Shown: positions 10,471 through 21,293 of the stretch, piece after piece
Position numbering within the stretch: position 1 is the stretch's first letter
How the letters are laid out: every line of letters starts with the position of its first letter
IMG/VR virus record: IMGVR_UViG_3300036770_000877
Span: 40,500-104,499 of that record
Origin: a virus
DNA length: 64,000 nucleotides
Direction: 5' to 3' (one strand)
Translations under genes and position numbers: made by a program
Notes under the pieces: model-generated
Told to the model about the DNA's origin: nothing
Seen by the model: only the letters and a program-made list of their open reading frames with translations
Databases searched by the model: none

Positions 10471-12008
10471 TAGAATGTCACCGTTCCACTTCCTGCGGTA
10501 AACTTGTAAACCTTATACCCAGGTCTACCAATAGTATCTAATGTATATGTTAATCCAGCACTAATACTTGAAATATTTAGATATGAATCTGGATATGCAA
10601 CAATAATCACTCCAGAGCCACCATTACCAGCTGGTGGCGCATCATCACCACGCATTGAACCTCCACCAGAACCTGTGTTGGCTGCACCACTAGTTGGAGT
10701 ACCTCCAGCATTTGCTCCATTTCCTCCAATACCAGACCCTCCAAGACCTATCGTTCCGTCTCCAGAACCACCGCCTCCGCCTCCATAGTAAAGAGTTGTT
10801 CCAGTAATAGAGCTGGCAATTCCAACACCTCCAGATGGAACGTTACCATTTCCGCCTGCTCCTCCACCGCCAGAAGAATTTTGAACTGTATATGAAACGC
10901 CAGGGTTATTTTGTGGAGATCCAGAAACTCCACCAGATCCAGTTGTTCCTGGTCCAGAGAATCCCCCTAAACCACCTCCTCCAGTAAATCCAAATGCTGA
11001 TGTTGGAAAACCATTTTGCTTGCTATTAGTTGCTGTAGATCCAACTCCACCAGCCCCCACTGTAAAAGTATATTGTGTTCCAGGTGTAACGGCAACTGTT
11101 CCTGTATAATAACCACCAGCTCCTCCTCCTGCTCCATAACAAGCACCAGGAGTTCCTTTAGCTCCAGAAGCACCTCCGCCTATTAAGAAATACTCTACGC
11201 TTGATGGAGCAACTACATTACTTACAACAACATTGAATGATCTAGATGAAGTATTAACTCCATCTGAAGCGGTAACAGTAAAAGAATAAGTTGTATCTGA
11301 TAAAATTTGAGGAGCTGTTCCAGTTAATAAACCAGTTGATGAGTTAATAGATATCCAAATAGGAAGATCAGATGATGAATAAATTATTGAGGTTCCATCT
11401 GGGTCTGTTGCAGAAACAGAAACGTTTAATTGTGTTCCTTCATAAATATTAGCAATATTTCCAGATGCTGTATTCCATATTGGAGTACCACCAGCGTCCA
11501 AAGAATTTTCTAATAAACCAAATTGTCCGTCTGGGTTTACAACTCTAATGTCATATGGTTCGTAGGCTACTGGTAAAACAGGTGTTGTCGCTGTTGCTGA
11601 AGTAACATCTATAAAAGTAGCAGTTGGAGAATTATATGAAATTAAATTTGTTCCAATAAATTGAACTGTTAATCCTGGTTTAAAATTTGAACCAGATATA
11701 GTAATCACTGTTCCAGATATTGCAGATGTTGTAGGCAATATGCTAGCAACTTGTGGAGCTGGATCTGTAGACACCTTTTCCCATCCTGCGACTCTATATG
11801 CAATTAAAGCATTCAATGTTGTGTCAAAGTATAAGTCGCCTATTGATGGTGATAAAGGTCTATTTAATGTTGTTCCACGCCCAACGTGTCCGTTTGCTGC
11901 CGTCGCATGTGTTGAAACTGCGGCGGATACAGCAGAAGAAACCTCAGCATCAGTAGCAATAGCTGTATTTGCTGATAGTATATTTGCTATATCTCTGGCT
12001 TTAGACAT
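10470..12008 (-). CDS. Virion protein: Ig-like domains plus Gly-rich domain
   Basis: Paralogous architecture to 8543..10081. Confidence 0.7.
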   Translation of the reverse strand: MSKARDIANILSANTAIATDAEVSSAVSAAVSTHATAANGHVGRGTTLNRPLSPSIGDLYFDTTLNALIAYRVAGWEKVSTDPAPQVASILPTTSAISGTVITISGSNFKPGLTVQFIGTNLISYNSPTATFIDVTSATATTPVLPVAYEPYDIRVVNPDGQFGLLENSLDAGGTPIWNTASGNIANIYEGTQLNVSVSATDPDGTSIIYSSSDLPIWISINSSTGLLTGTAPQILSDTTYSFTVTASDGVNTSSRSFNVVVSNVVAPSSVEYFLIGGGASGAKGTPGACYGAGGGAGGYYTGTVAVTPGTQYTFTVGAGGVGSTATNSKQNGFPTSAFGFTGGGGLGGFSGPGTTGSGGVSGSPQNNPGVSYTVQNSSGGGGAGGNGNVPSGGVGIASSITGTTLYYGGGGGGSGDGTIGLGGSGIGGNGANAGGTPTSGAANTGSGGGSMRGDDAPPAGNGGSGVIIVAYPDSYLNISSISAGLTYTLDTIGRPGYKVYKFTAGSGTVTF

Positions 12009-13852
12009 TATGCATTATTCAGGTATCTTACGATAACAATACCCGACCCTCCGTTTCCTCCAGTAGATCCAGTTGTATTTGTAAATCCTCCTCCGCCACC
12101 GCCAGTATTGGCAGCACCAGAAACTCCAGGCACTCCAGAACCATTTGATCCTGCACCACCACCGCCTTGACCTCCAGTGCTACCAGGATATGGAGATGTA
12201 TGAGCAGAACCGCCACCACCACCAGCAAACCAACCTGCAGCACCATATGTTGTACCAAAGTACGAGCTCATGTTTCTTCCTACACCACCATTACCATTTG
12301 AACTTTGTGTTGTAGGTCCACCAGCTCCACCAGCTCCGCCTCCACCTGCTGAATAATAAGGAGGGCTTTGTGATGCACTACTTGGATCATCTCCTCCAGG
12401 AAATCCTTGACCAGGTGTATATCCACCACCTACGTAAGGACCGCTTGATGATTGAGTTCCTCCTGATCCGCTACCCCAAACATTTAGAGTTGTTGGTGGT
12501 TGCCAATCCCAACCATATGCACCTTGTCCTCCATTTGCAATAGAGACTCCAGTTATTGCTGGAGTTATGGATGTATTTTGACCATCCTTAGATGTTGATT
12601 GATCTGAACCACCAGGTCTTGGAGTATATCCAGTGCCTCCCGCTCCTACTAAAACGCTATATGTTCCTGCTGGTGCTGTAATATTTTCGGCAAACATCAA
12701 GCCGCCAGCTCCACCGCCTGCTGCTCCACCAGCTCCGCCTCCTGCAATTAACATGTAGTCTGCTGAAACAGGTTTATTTATTTTAAGTGTTGAGGTTCCA
12801 GTTGTCGTAAAAACATGCATCTTATAGTTTCCAAAAGTTGTTATCGTTCCACCTTCCATTGCTGGACCTAAATAAAATATTCTATCTACATAGTTTCCAC
12901 CAGTATCTATAGCTCTTACTGTTATTTCTGAAAATACTTCTTGAGATGGTGTTCCAGAAATAACGCCAGTTTCTTGATTTAAAGATAATCCACTAGGTAA
13001 AGTTCCATACACAATTGAATAATCAATATCTGTATTTTCAGTATCAGATGCTAATAATGTTGTAGAATAAGGAACTCCAGTAGAAATTACTGGCAGATTT
13101 GAATTTGTTTGCCATGATGGAGAAGATCCAGCAGTTATACTATTTGAAAGAATATGTAAATTAGATCCTGTAGGAGATGTTACTCCTGGATTTGTTACCT
13201 TTAAAGAATATGTTCCTGGTGCAAAGCTATCTGGTCTTACAAATGTAATTGATGTATTAGATACACGAGTAAATGATTTAGGTGTTATTTCATTATTATT
13301 TGAGTCTACTATTTTTAAATCTACGTTTAATGCAAAATTTCCACCAGTAATAGTTGCTGAATCATCTATATTTACTAAAGCTGTTGGTGTAACTGAAGAT
13401 AAAAATGGTCCTGCGGTTGTTTGAGATGTAGTTGTATCTGCAGTAAATGTTGTTTTATAGCTAAATGAAAGCAGGTCTCCCTGTGACCCACCTATAACTA
13501 CTATTTTATTAAAGTTACCAGTAGCATTTAATGATGGGGACTTTGTGTATCCAACAACTGAGCCATCTCCTGAATATACATATATGTCGTAAGTAGCATC
13601 TCCAAGAGCTGAATTAATTGTGTAAGCTCCAGCAAAGTATTCTTTTGTAAATGTGGCAGTTGTAACTGACCCATTGAGAGTTACGTTAAAGTCATTTGCT
13701 CCTGTTGCTGGAAGCCATCCAGAAGATGTATAAATTTCTTGTACGCCGAGTGTACCATTATAAAATGTTTGGCCAATTGCTGGATTTGCAGGTCTATCTG
13801 AAGATGTACCAAAAGGTACCCCTCCAAGCGCAGATGTTCTAATATCGCTCAT
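12008..13852 (-). CDS. Virion protein: Ig-like domains plus Gly-rich domain
   Basis: LPSGLSLNQETGVISGTP, Gly-rich tail; start at TAATG overlap. Confidence 0.7.
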   Translation of the reverse strand: MSDIRTSALGGVPFGTSSDRPANPAIGQTFYNGTLGVQEIYTSSGWLPATGANDFNVTLNGSVTTATFTKEYFAGAYTINSALGDATYDIYVYSGDGSVVGYTKSPSLNATGNFNKIVVIGGSQGDLLSFSYKTTFTADTTTSQTTAGPFLSSVTPTALVNIDDSATITGGNFALNVDLKIVDSNNNEITPKSFTRVSNTSITFVRPDSFAPGTYSLKVTNPGVTSPTGSNLHILSNSITAGSSPSWQTNSNLPVISTGVPYSTTLLASDTENTDIDYSIVYGTLPSGLSLNQETGVISGTPSQEVFSEITVRAIDTGGNYVDRIFYLGPAMEGGTITTFGNYKMHVFTTTGTSTLKINKPVSADYMLIAGGGAGGAAGGGAGGLMFAENITAPAGTYSVLVGAGGTGYTPRPGGSDQSTSKDGQNTSITPAITGVSIANGGQGAYGWDWQPPTTLNVWGSGSGGTQSSSGPYVGGGYTPGQGFPGGDDPSSASQSPPYYSAGGGGAGGAGGPTTQSSNGNGGVGRNMSSYFGTTYGAAGWFAGGGGGSAHTSPYPGSTGGQGGGGAGSNGSGVPGVSGAANTGGGGGGFTNTTGSTGGNGGSGIVIVRYLNNA

Positions 13853-15720
13853 TATCCAACCTTCCATCCATAGGTGCTACCAGTATAAAGTAATGTATAC
13901 CAGCCACCATTATTGTCAATTATTAAATTGCCAGTCCCGCCATTTATTTTATTGCCGTTTCTAGCCACAGTTATATTATACGTTGAAGCGTTCCCAGAAG
14001 CATCTACGATCTGAATCTCATCGTTTAGCGCAGGTGACGCAGGTAGCGTCAATGTAAGCGCAGAAGCCGATGTAACAAAATATCTCTTTTTAGCTACCAA
14101 GTTAGTGTTAGCAGATATTGATAATGGGGCTACTGAAGTATTGGCAGCAAGTAAGGCATCTGTTTCTGCCTGTGTATATGTATCTACTGCATTAAAATTA
14201 GTTACTGTAAGTACTTCAATTATATCCCCCGCCGTTGCGTCGGCAGTAAGAACAACTGTATGCTCTGTAGGTGTTGTATAGTCTGTAGTACGAATAAGCA
14301 GAATACCATTCATAAATACCTGCTCGTATCCAGGAATGAATGGAACAGTTGTAGTAAATGTATCTTGTTCTGCTACTGCTGTAAATACTTGACGACGTAC
14401 TAGATTTGGATCAAATACGTCAACCTCATCATCTGAGTCAATCCATATCTGTCCTACTTCTGGAGATGTTGGAGCAGTTGTTTGATACAGGGCACCTGGT
14501 TGTGTAGATGCATCAATCTGATCAATAACGAATGCTGTTGTAGCAATTTGTGTAGTATCTGTTCCTACCGCTGCTGTCGGCGCTGTAGGTGTACCTGTAA
14601 ATGTAGGCGATGCTGATGGAGCCTTAGTTCCAAGAGCTGTTGTTACCGTGGCTGCAAATGATGCGTCATCATTAATAGCCGCTGCTAATTCATTTAAAGT
14701 ATCTAGTGTTGCAGGAGCTGCATCTACAATTGCAGCAGCCGCTGCTGAAGCAGCGTTATCTGCATAAGTCTTTGTAGCTAGGTCTGCGGTATTTGCAATA
14801 CCGTGAATATTAGTTGTGTCTGATTCATGTGATGATAAAGCAGATGCTGCAGCAGATTGTGCTGCTGCTGCTGATCCAGCGGGATCAAATAGGTTATCAA
14901 TAGTCTGATTAGTCCATAGCCCAGTAGTTGAGTTATATCTTAGTACCTGATTATTTTGCTTCCCGCTTATGTAGACATCATGAATTTCATCTAGCTCAAA
15001 CCCGTTTTGAACCTTTACAAAGATAGATCCTGTGTTTACTTGGGCTCTAGTTACAATACCTACAAATACTAAATGCTGTGGAGCATATGGCTTATTAGCC
15101 AAACCATAAATTACTGAACCTGGAGTAGATCCTAGCCATACTGGATCTCCTGGTTGAGCTGTTGAAGTATCAATGCCTTCAATAAGACCTTCGGTTACTA
15201 CCGTTCCAATTGCACCGTCTGCTACGGTATCTTCCATAATTCCAAAAGTTTTAGATGATGTTGATTCGGCAGAGTTTGAAGAAAGAACTACTCTAAGTTG
15301 ACCCGATGCTCCTACAGCCCCAGCTGCGGAAACTACCTGACCTTTATAAATAGTTGAACCAGTATTATTTACTACTTCTTGAGAAATTTTATTTGCAGTT
15401 CCACCAACACCAGTTAGTATTACTTGGTTTCCTACGTCGTCATATGTGGCGGTAAGGTTGACATGGTTTGCATGGTTAAAAAGGGCTGCCGAAGCATCCT
15501 GAGCCATTTCGTCTGTATATGTAGGAACAGTCTCTAATTGACGTACTCTATAGTCAAGGCTAGTGGTATTTGCCGAGTTGTTTATTCCAACCTTAGTCTC
15601 TAAGGCTTCAATGGCATCATTCGCATCCGCATGTTGCTGAGAGTGCGATGGAGCATCTAGTTCGTTTGTGCTGGCGGGATTTGTTAGGTTATCCAGCGAA
15701 GTCGGGAAATTGGTAGCCAT
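13852..15720 (-). CDS. Tail fibre protein
   Basis: MATNFPTSLD start, APATLDTLNELAAAI and SPTFTGTPTAPT fibre motifs. Confidence 0.8.
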   Translation of the reverse strand: MATNFPTSLDNLTNPASTNELDAPSHSQQHADANDAIEALETKVGINNSANTTSLDYRVRQLETVPTYTDEMAQDASAALFNHANHVNLTATYDDVGNQVILTGVGGTANKISQEVVNNTGSTIYKGQVVSAAGAVGASGQLRVVLSSNSAESTSSKTFGIMEDTVADGAIGTVVTEGLIEGIDTSTAQPGDPVWLGSTPGSVIYGLANKPYAPQHLVFVGIVTRAQVNTGSIFVKVQNGFELDEIHDVYISGKQNNQVLRYNSTTGLWTNQTIDNLFDPAGSAAAAQSAAASALSSHESDTTNIHGIANTADLATKTYADNAASAAAAAIVDAAPATLDTLNELAAAINDDASFAATVTTALGTKAPSASPTFTGTPTAPTAAVGTDTTQIATTAFVIDQIDASTQPGALYQTTAPTSPEVGQIWIDSDDEVDVFDPNLVRRQVFTAVAEQDTFTTTVPFIPGYEQVFMNGILLIRTTDYTTPTEHTVVLTADATAGDIIEVLTVTNFNAVDTYTQAETDALLAANTSVAPLSISANTNLVAKKRYFVTSASALTLTLPASPALNDEIQIVDASGNASTYNITVARNGNKINGGTGNLIIDNNGGWYTLLYTGSTYGWKVG

Positions 15721-15744
15721 ACCTTCCTATTATACCCCGAATAT

Positions 15745-16029
15745 CTACCAAAAGTGCTTTATGATAGCAGCTGAAGCCAAAATAGACCATCCTATATTAA
15801 AATATATAATAGTAGGCAAAGTCTTGACTGTTGAAGTAAGTATCAAGGTCAAGCTTGATGCGAGAGCAAATATGTAAAGCCACCAAAACTGAACCCCGAA
15901 AAGAAGTCCAGGAAATATGATTGCAAGTTTTGTTGAGAATGCCCAGAACTCAATAATATTGGTTTTGTTCCAATATGACTTTTGTCCTAGTTGTTTTGTT
16001 ACTTCTACGATTTCTTTAGGCTTTATCAT
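15745..16029 (-). CDS. Small membrane protein (about 3 TM)
   Basis: Hydrophobic segments, ATGA overlap with the upstream gene. Confidence 0.6.
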   Translation of the reverse strand: MIKPKEIVEVTKQLGQKSYWNKTNIIEFWAFSTKLAIIFPGLLFGVQFWWLYIFALASSLTLILTSTVKTLPTIIYFNIGWSILASAAIIKHFW

Positions 16030-16730
16030 TCGTAGCTTTTCTTTGCCCAAGCATTGTCTCTATACCACCCTAAAATTTTTCTTACGGACTTACTAGATGC
16101 TTTCCAACCTTCTAAAATAATATCTTTACAGTATTCTGAGATCCACTTATCTCTTTTAAATGGAATAATCTGGAAAAGAGGTGTTCCCATTTCTATGATA
16201 CCGCTAAAATCTTCTTTTAAAAATATTGAATAGTTTCCTGGAAATAAAGGATATTTATCAGTATCTATAATTGCAGACAAACCATAGAATGGTAGGTCTG
16301 GTCTATTAAATGGTTGAGTTATAAGTATGCTATATCCTGGTGGTGTTTTTATATATAACGGATGGCTTAATGTATAGTGAACATCTGAATATCCAGCCAT
16401 TTTTGGCATAAATCCAGATTGGGCGCTATCTCTAACTCCAATTATGTTATCTTCTTTTTCTTTCCATCTTATATTTTGAATCCCAGTATTTTCATCTTTT
16501 ATCACATAAAGATCTGCCCATAGCTCAAAAATATATCCAGAAATCATAGCGTCCGTAAATGGCATACAAACTTTAAAAGTTTTTTTAGCATTTAGCAAAT
16601 TTTCGTCTGGCGTCCCCATGAATCTAGGAGTTTTTTTAAACCACTCTGGAAGATAAGACTTTGCTGGCTTTGGAAAAGATATATCCCAAAGCCTGTCTGA
16701 TAGAGCAAACTTTATTGTTTTATTTTTCAT
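16026..16730 (-). CDS. Conserved phage protein, possible dUTPase-like beta fold
   Basis: PEWFKK, CMPFTDAM, KTPPGYS, GTPLFQIIPFKR motifs. Confidence 0.5.
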   Translation of the reverse strand: MKNKTIKFALSDRLWDISFPKPAKSYLPEWFKKTPRFMGTPDENLLNAKKTFKVCMPFTDAMISGYIFELWADLYVIKDENTGIQNIRWKEKEDNIIGVRDSAQSGFMPKMAGYSDVHYTLSHPLYIKTPPGYSILITQPFNRPDLPFYGLSAIIDTDKYPLFPGNYSIFLKEDFSGIIEMGTPLFQIIPFKRDKWISEYCKDIILEGWKASSKSVRKILGWYRDNAWAKKSYE

Positions 16731-18309
16731 TATGGATATTTTCCTTTAGCCATTGATACATAGTTGGTGAAGCATCTGCTTCTTCCTGCCAAAGTTTACG
16801 GAATAGATCCCATGTCTTCCACGTATCTTTGCAGTATTCATAATAATCGATACCGTCATAGTGATGCCATCTTTCTACTGTATCTTTAGTAACAGGGAAA
16901 TAATTAAGTCCTGTAGCAATACAGTGGATTCCACCAACCCCGTCATATCTTTGACGATTAATGTGAATATCACCCATATCTTGGAATCCAATAACCATAG
17001 ATGGATTTAATTCTTGAAGATCTGGCTGGAATGTCTTATCTGTAATATCCTGCCAATATTTTGTATCTTGTCTATTTGAAAGAGCATAATGTTGAGCAAC
17101 AAACTCCTTAAATCCAAGATACTGTCTACGTGTTGTCATATTATAAACATCACGATCTGTTTGTGTTACCGTTCCACGGCTTAATGTCTTTACTAGCTTA
17201 TCTAGAAACTCATGGACTGTAAATAGACCATTAGATTCTAGCGGCTCAATAAATCCAGCAGCAAATCCAATAGCAACAACATTCTTTACAAATGTGCGCT
17301 TATGAATTCCCACCTTAAACTTAATATACCTGTATTCAAAATTATCTACATCACGATTTGGATCATGTATAGTCATCTTATCTGATCTTAAGTGATCCTT
17401 AAATTCCTGCAGAGCATCTTCCTTTGAGATGTACTTATCGCTAAATACATATCCTGTTCCGATACGTTCCCATGAAGGAATATTCCATACCCAGCCATTT
17501 TCAATGGCAATACAGTTAGTGTATGGCTCCATCTCTTTTTCCTTATCCGTATAAGGAATACGAGTAGCCCATGCGCTGTTATTTGGAAGCATATGCTCAA
17601 AATCATCCCATGGCTCGTTCAATGCACCTTCGAGCAACATTGATTTAAATCCAGTACAGTCAATAAATAGATCTGCAGTTATCTTTTCTCCAGTAGTTAG
17701 AGTTACTGATTCAATTCCCGCATCATTTGTAGAAACCTCAGTTACTGTATCTGCTACTACTATAACTCCACGAGGAATACAGTAGTTATTCTTTAGCCAC
17801 TGACCAAACTTAGTAGCGTCAAAGTGGTATGCGACATCTTGCTTAAAGTTAAAGTTACCCAACTTGCCCGATTCATTCCATGACAGCTTATTCTGTTCTG
17901 CCAAAGTAAGGGCGGGGAAGAAAGTGCGAGCATAATCTGCTACATCTAGATCTGGAAACTTAGCCTTCTTAACATACCAGTCATTAAGACCATTAACTGT
18001 TCCATCTAGGAATACCTTACCAAATGGGTAGTGGAATCCACCAGCATCCTTATTATAAAAATCTGTAAACTTAATAGACATCTTATATACAGCATCTGTT
18101 GCTGGCATAAAGTCTTTTTCATCAATACCAATCCAATTAGCCCATCCAGTAATCCCGCCTAATGTAGATTCTCCCACACCAATAATCGGATAATCTGGGG
18201 ATTCTATTACAACAATTTCCTTATCTGGAAATGCTCTAATCATGGAAGCGGCTGACATCCAGCCAGCTGACCCTCCACCAACAATAACAATCTTATTTAA
18301 ATTAATCAA
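16720..18309 (-). CDS. Flavin-dependent tryptophan halogenase family protein (PrnA-like)
   Basis: GGGSAG FAD motif, IGVGEST, catalytic-Lys region VYKMSIKF, WVWNIP, FIEPLES. Confidence 0.9.
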   Translation of the reverse strand: MINLNKIVIVGGGSAGWMSAASMIRAFPDKEIVVIESPDYPIIGVGESTLGGITGWANWIGIDEKDFMPATDAVYKMSIKFTDFYNKDAGGFHYPFGKVFLDGTVNGLNDWYVKKAKFPDLDVADYARTFFPALTLAEQNKLSWNESGKLGNFNFKQDVAYHFDATKFGQWLKNNYCIPRGVIVVADTVTEVSTNDAGIESVTLTTGEKITADLFIDCTGFKSMLLEGALNEPWDDFEHMLPNNSAWATRIPYTDKEKEMEPYTNCIAIENGWVWNIPSWERIGTGYVFSDKYISKEDALQEFKDHLRSDKMTIHDPNRDVDNFEYRYIKFKVGIHKRTFVKNVVAIGFAAGFIEPLESNGLFTVHEFLDKLVKTLSRGTVTQTDRDVYNMTTRRQYLGFKEFVAQHYALSNRQDTKYWQDITDKTFQPDLQELNPSMVIGFQDMGDIHINRQRYDGVGGIHCIATGLNYFPVTKDTVERWHHYDGIDYYEYCKDTWKTWDLFRKLWQEEADASPTMYQWLKENIHNEK

Positions 18310-18385
18310 TGATATACCTATCTCTAAAAAGACTAATGCCTCTACTTATAGGTTACTATAATAGAGGCATTTTGTCAATGCTTTT

Positions 18386-18670
18386 TTATGAAAGCTTTAT
18401 CCAAGCTGTGGTTTCTTCGTCCCAGCGATAAACTCCATCTTGAGGGGCTAATCCTGCTGGAGATTCCCACTCATAAGTTTCTTCATTAAATATCCAGGAA
18501 TTCCATGGTTTAATATCTATAAATTTATTGGACTCAAAATCATATGTTGATCCAATATGAGCATCTCTTGTTGACTCTGTTACTCTTACGTATCCAGCAG
18601 AGTTAAAAGATTCATCTCCAACAATTATATTAACTACTGTATTATTTATTACTTGTGCAAACTTAATCAT
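18386..18670 (-). CDS. Tail fibre accessory/chaperone-like protein
   Basis: FAQV...KPWNSW...WESP...WDEE; paralog of 22711..23004. Confidence 0.65.
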   Translation of the reverse strand: MIKFAQVINNTVVNIIVGDESFNSAGYVRVTESTRDAHIGSTYDFESNKFIDIKPWNSWIFNEETYEWESPAGLAPQDGVYRWDEETTAWIKLS

Positions 18671-19755
18671 ACGATATAGTACCTCACTATCACTGCACCA
18701 GACACTGCATTTTCAGTGCTTGAACCACCAGTTCCTCTTCCTCCAGCGCCATAATATCTTTCTGTAGCATATACTCCAGCTCTTCCAGGGCTATGCTGAG
18801 CTCCGCCGCCGCCAGATCCATAATATCTAGTTGTTCCTTCAATGTCTGAAGCATGCCCAGGTCCACCTGGCCAATCGCTATTAAATGAATTTCTTGTAAA
18901 TGCGCTTGGTGAACCAGCTGCGCCTGCTCCACCTACTCCATAATGATCTCCATTATTATGCTGAACATTGCCACCAGCAAAACCTCCGTGATGGGTTGGT
19001 GAGCCTGTAGTACCTAATCCAGTTCCTGCTGTTTGTGCTATTCCAGCTCCTCCAGTATATAATGATCCATTACTGTGCGCTCCAGCTCCGCCACCATTAC
19101 CTCCAGCAATTCCGTTTTCATTATTACACCTTCCGCCGCCGCCGCCGAGAGCGTAAACATTTCCAAAATAAGTTGAGCCACCTACTTGCCCCGTACCAGA
19201 ACTAGAACCACCATATCCAACTGTAACTGAAGTGGTTCCCACTGCTTGGTATGCATTAAGCTTAACAACGTTTCCGCCACCTCCGCCGCCTCCATAGTGT
19301 GCTCCACCTCCGCCGCCTCCAACTAAAAGAACATTGATTAGTGGAAGTGCGTTATTAGGTAATACAAAGTTTCCTGATGATGAGATTACGGAAGGGAATG
19401 AAGCAATTGCTAGTTTACCTATAGATGGGTCTGCATCAAACGGGTTATTGTAAACAGATGTTGCCTTAACTTGCGCCTTATACAAAGAAATCATATCATT
19501 TGTGGGGGCAATTATATCAACTCTTGTAAATGAATGGCTAATGTAGGTAAGTTTATTTAATGCTGCTCCAGTACTTGTTCCAGCTCCAACAAAATATGCA
19601 TAACCATTTTCTTGGTTAGTTGAGTAAAGAGCATAGTACCCTGCTGAACCTCCTTGAGACCAAGAGCGATTGAAAGTTTCCATATGAACAGAAGCTATAA
19701 AATTTAAATTTGCTTGGCCTCCGCCAGCTTGAGAAGGAAAACTGTTAATTGCCAT
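18667..19755 (-). CDS. Gly-rich domain virion protein
   Basis: Close paralog of 23001..24086. Confidence 0.7.
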   Translation of the reverse strand: MAINSFPSQAGGGQANLNFIASVHMETFNRSWSQGGSAGYYALYSTNQENGYAYFVGAGTSTGAALNKLTYISHSFTRVDIIAPTNDMISLYKAQVKATSVYNNPFDADPSIGKLAIASFPSVISSSGNFVLPNNALPLINVLLVGGGGGGAHYGGGGGGGNVVKLNAYQAVGTTSVTVGYGGSSSGTGQVGGSTYFGNVYALGGGGGRCNNENGIAGGNGGGAGAHSNGSLYTGGAGIAQTAGTGLGTTGSPTHHGGFAGGNVQHNNGDHYGVGGAGAAGSPSAFTRNSFNSDWPGGPGHASDIEGTTRYYGSGGGGAQHSPGRAGVYATERYYGAGGRGTGGSSTENAVSGAVIVRYYIV

Positions 19756-20087
19756 TAAACGTCAAGCTCCGCTCCAAAGACGTTGAATGATACTAGGCCA
19801 GATGACGACTGAACTGTAACTACGTCATTTTGATTAAGTGTAATTCCAAGATTGAGCGATGTTGTTGAGTTTGAATTAACTTGAACATCATATGCTAGAT
19901 ACATGTCGTCTGTTAATGTAGCTCCATCTGGGCGTACTGAAATTCTATATGTAGCAGAGTTTGCATCTCTATTCGCTACTGTAATACAGTTAATAATAGC
20001 GTCTTTTGTTCCGCTAACTGTGTAAATGTCCCAGCTAGTATTTGCTGCTGGTGACTTTTGTCCTAAAACCTTATATCTAATTGCCAT
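19755..20087 (-). CDS. Small virion structural protein
   Basis: YKVLGQ...FNVFGAE; paralog of 24086..24421. Confidence 0.65.
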   Translation of the reverse strand: MAIRYKVLGQKSPAANTSWDIYTVSGTKDAIINCITVANRDANSATYRISVRPDGATLTDDMYLAYDVQVNSNSTTSLNLGITLNQNDVVTVQSSSGLVSFNVFGAELDV

Positions 20088-20091
20088 ATTT

Positions 20092-20454
20092 TTATATTCC
20101 TACCGTAAAGAATGGATGTAGCGATGCTCCCGCTCCAGATACCTGGTTAATTGCGGAAACTCTTGCAGATTCAATATCAGCTAACGCAGTCGCCCTGTCT
20201 GAGTTAACATCTGACAAAGAGTTTACACGCTTTGTCTCTAATGAAGCTAAAGAAGTTGTTGTCTTTGTATCAAGTTCTGTGATCTTTGCTGCTGTGGCTG
20301 CTACGATGTCATTAACACCTAGTAGTCCTCCAAGTTCGCCTAGAGCCTTAGCCATGTAAATCATGTCTTGGGCGTTCATAGCCGTGCTTGAAATTGCGCT
20401 TGTCATTTCTGACTTTAGCGCATCAATTTGTGTTGATAAACTATCGTATGCCAT
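20092..20454 (-). CDS. Helical virion protein
   Basis: Paralog of 24423..24791. Confidence 0.65.
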   Translation of the reverse strand: MAYDSLSTQIDALKSEMTSAISSTAMNAQDMIYMAKALGELGGLLGVNDIVAATAAKITELDTKTTTSLASLETKRVNSLSDVNSDRATALADIESARVSAINQVSGAGASLHPFFTVGI

Positions 20455-20492
20455 TCATAATCACCAACCTTAGTATAGCACGAGTCATATTA

Positions 20493-21083
20493 TTAGATCC
20501 CCAATCCTAGCTCTAGGCTTGTTATTCTAGCATTAAAGCTATTTACTGTGGCTGTTAGGGAAGCTATTTGAGATGCTACCTCCGCCGCAAAGTTGGGGTT
20601 GTCGTTTAGAGCGTCTGACAGTTCGCTAAGCGTATTAAGAAGGGCTGGGGCAGCTCCTACAAGATTTGATATTGACGTGTCAGTATACGAGTTAGCAGAA
20701 GACAGAGCGTTGGCTGCCGCTGAGGTTGCAAAAGTCTGGGTAGCCAGGAGAGCTGTATTGGCAATACCATGAACATTTGTAGTTACTGAGTTGTGGGTAG
20801 ATATATCTGAAGCCACTGATGAATTTGTAGCAAGAACTGCGGTGTCTGCAATTCCGTGGACATCTGTAGTATCATTATTATGAGCAGTAATTGCTGATGT
20901 TAAGTCTGAGGCTAGTAAGTTAGCATAATTTAAAATTCCCCAGGCTGAGGATCCATTACCAATCTTAAACTTATTTAATGTAGTATCAATTCCAATTTCC
21001 CCCGCTTGAAGAACTGGATTATAGGTAGTCCAATTTGCTGTAGTGTCTCTACGCAACTTAAAAGTAACATTCATTGTTGTCAT
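20493..21083 (-). CDS. Tail fibre protein with hyaluronidase/Mtd-like N-terminal domain
   Basis: LRRDTTANW..NPVLQAGEIGIDT..KFKIGNG motif. Confidence 0.75.
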   Translation of the reverse strand: MTTMNVTFKLRRDTTANWTTYNPVLQAGEIGIDTTLNKFKIGNGSSAWGILNYANLLASDLTSAITAHNNDTTDVHGIADTAVLATNSSVASDISTHNSVTTNVHGIANTALLATQTFATSAAANALSSANSYTDTSISNLVGAAPALLNTLSELSDALNDNPNFAAEVASQIASLTATVNSFNARITSLELGLGI

Positions 21084-21286
21084 GCTGGGTTTGCGTCCCC
21101 TCCGTCATAAGAGACCATTGATGCTAGTCCACCTGTAACTAAATCTCCATCATATGTATGAGTATGTTCAAATACTACTGCTGGATCTGTAAATAGTTCC
21201 CAAAAAACTCCAGTCCAACGCCATCTAATGCCGTTAGATTCATATGTTTGACCAACCGCAGGGCTGGATGGAAATATTGTAGCCAT
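21080..21286 (-). CDS. Small fibre-associated protein
   Basis: FPSSPAVGQTY...WRWTG motif; leaderless after GGTATAAT. Confidence 0.65.
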   Translation of the reverse strand: MATIFPSSPAVGQTYESNGIRWRWTGVFWELFTDPAVVFEHTHTYDGDLVTGGLASMVSYDGGDANPA

Positions 21287-21293
21287 AAAACTA

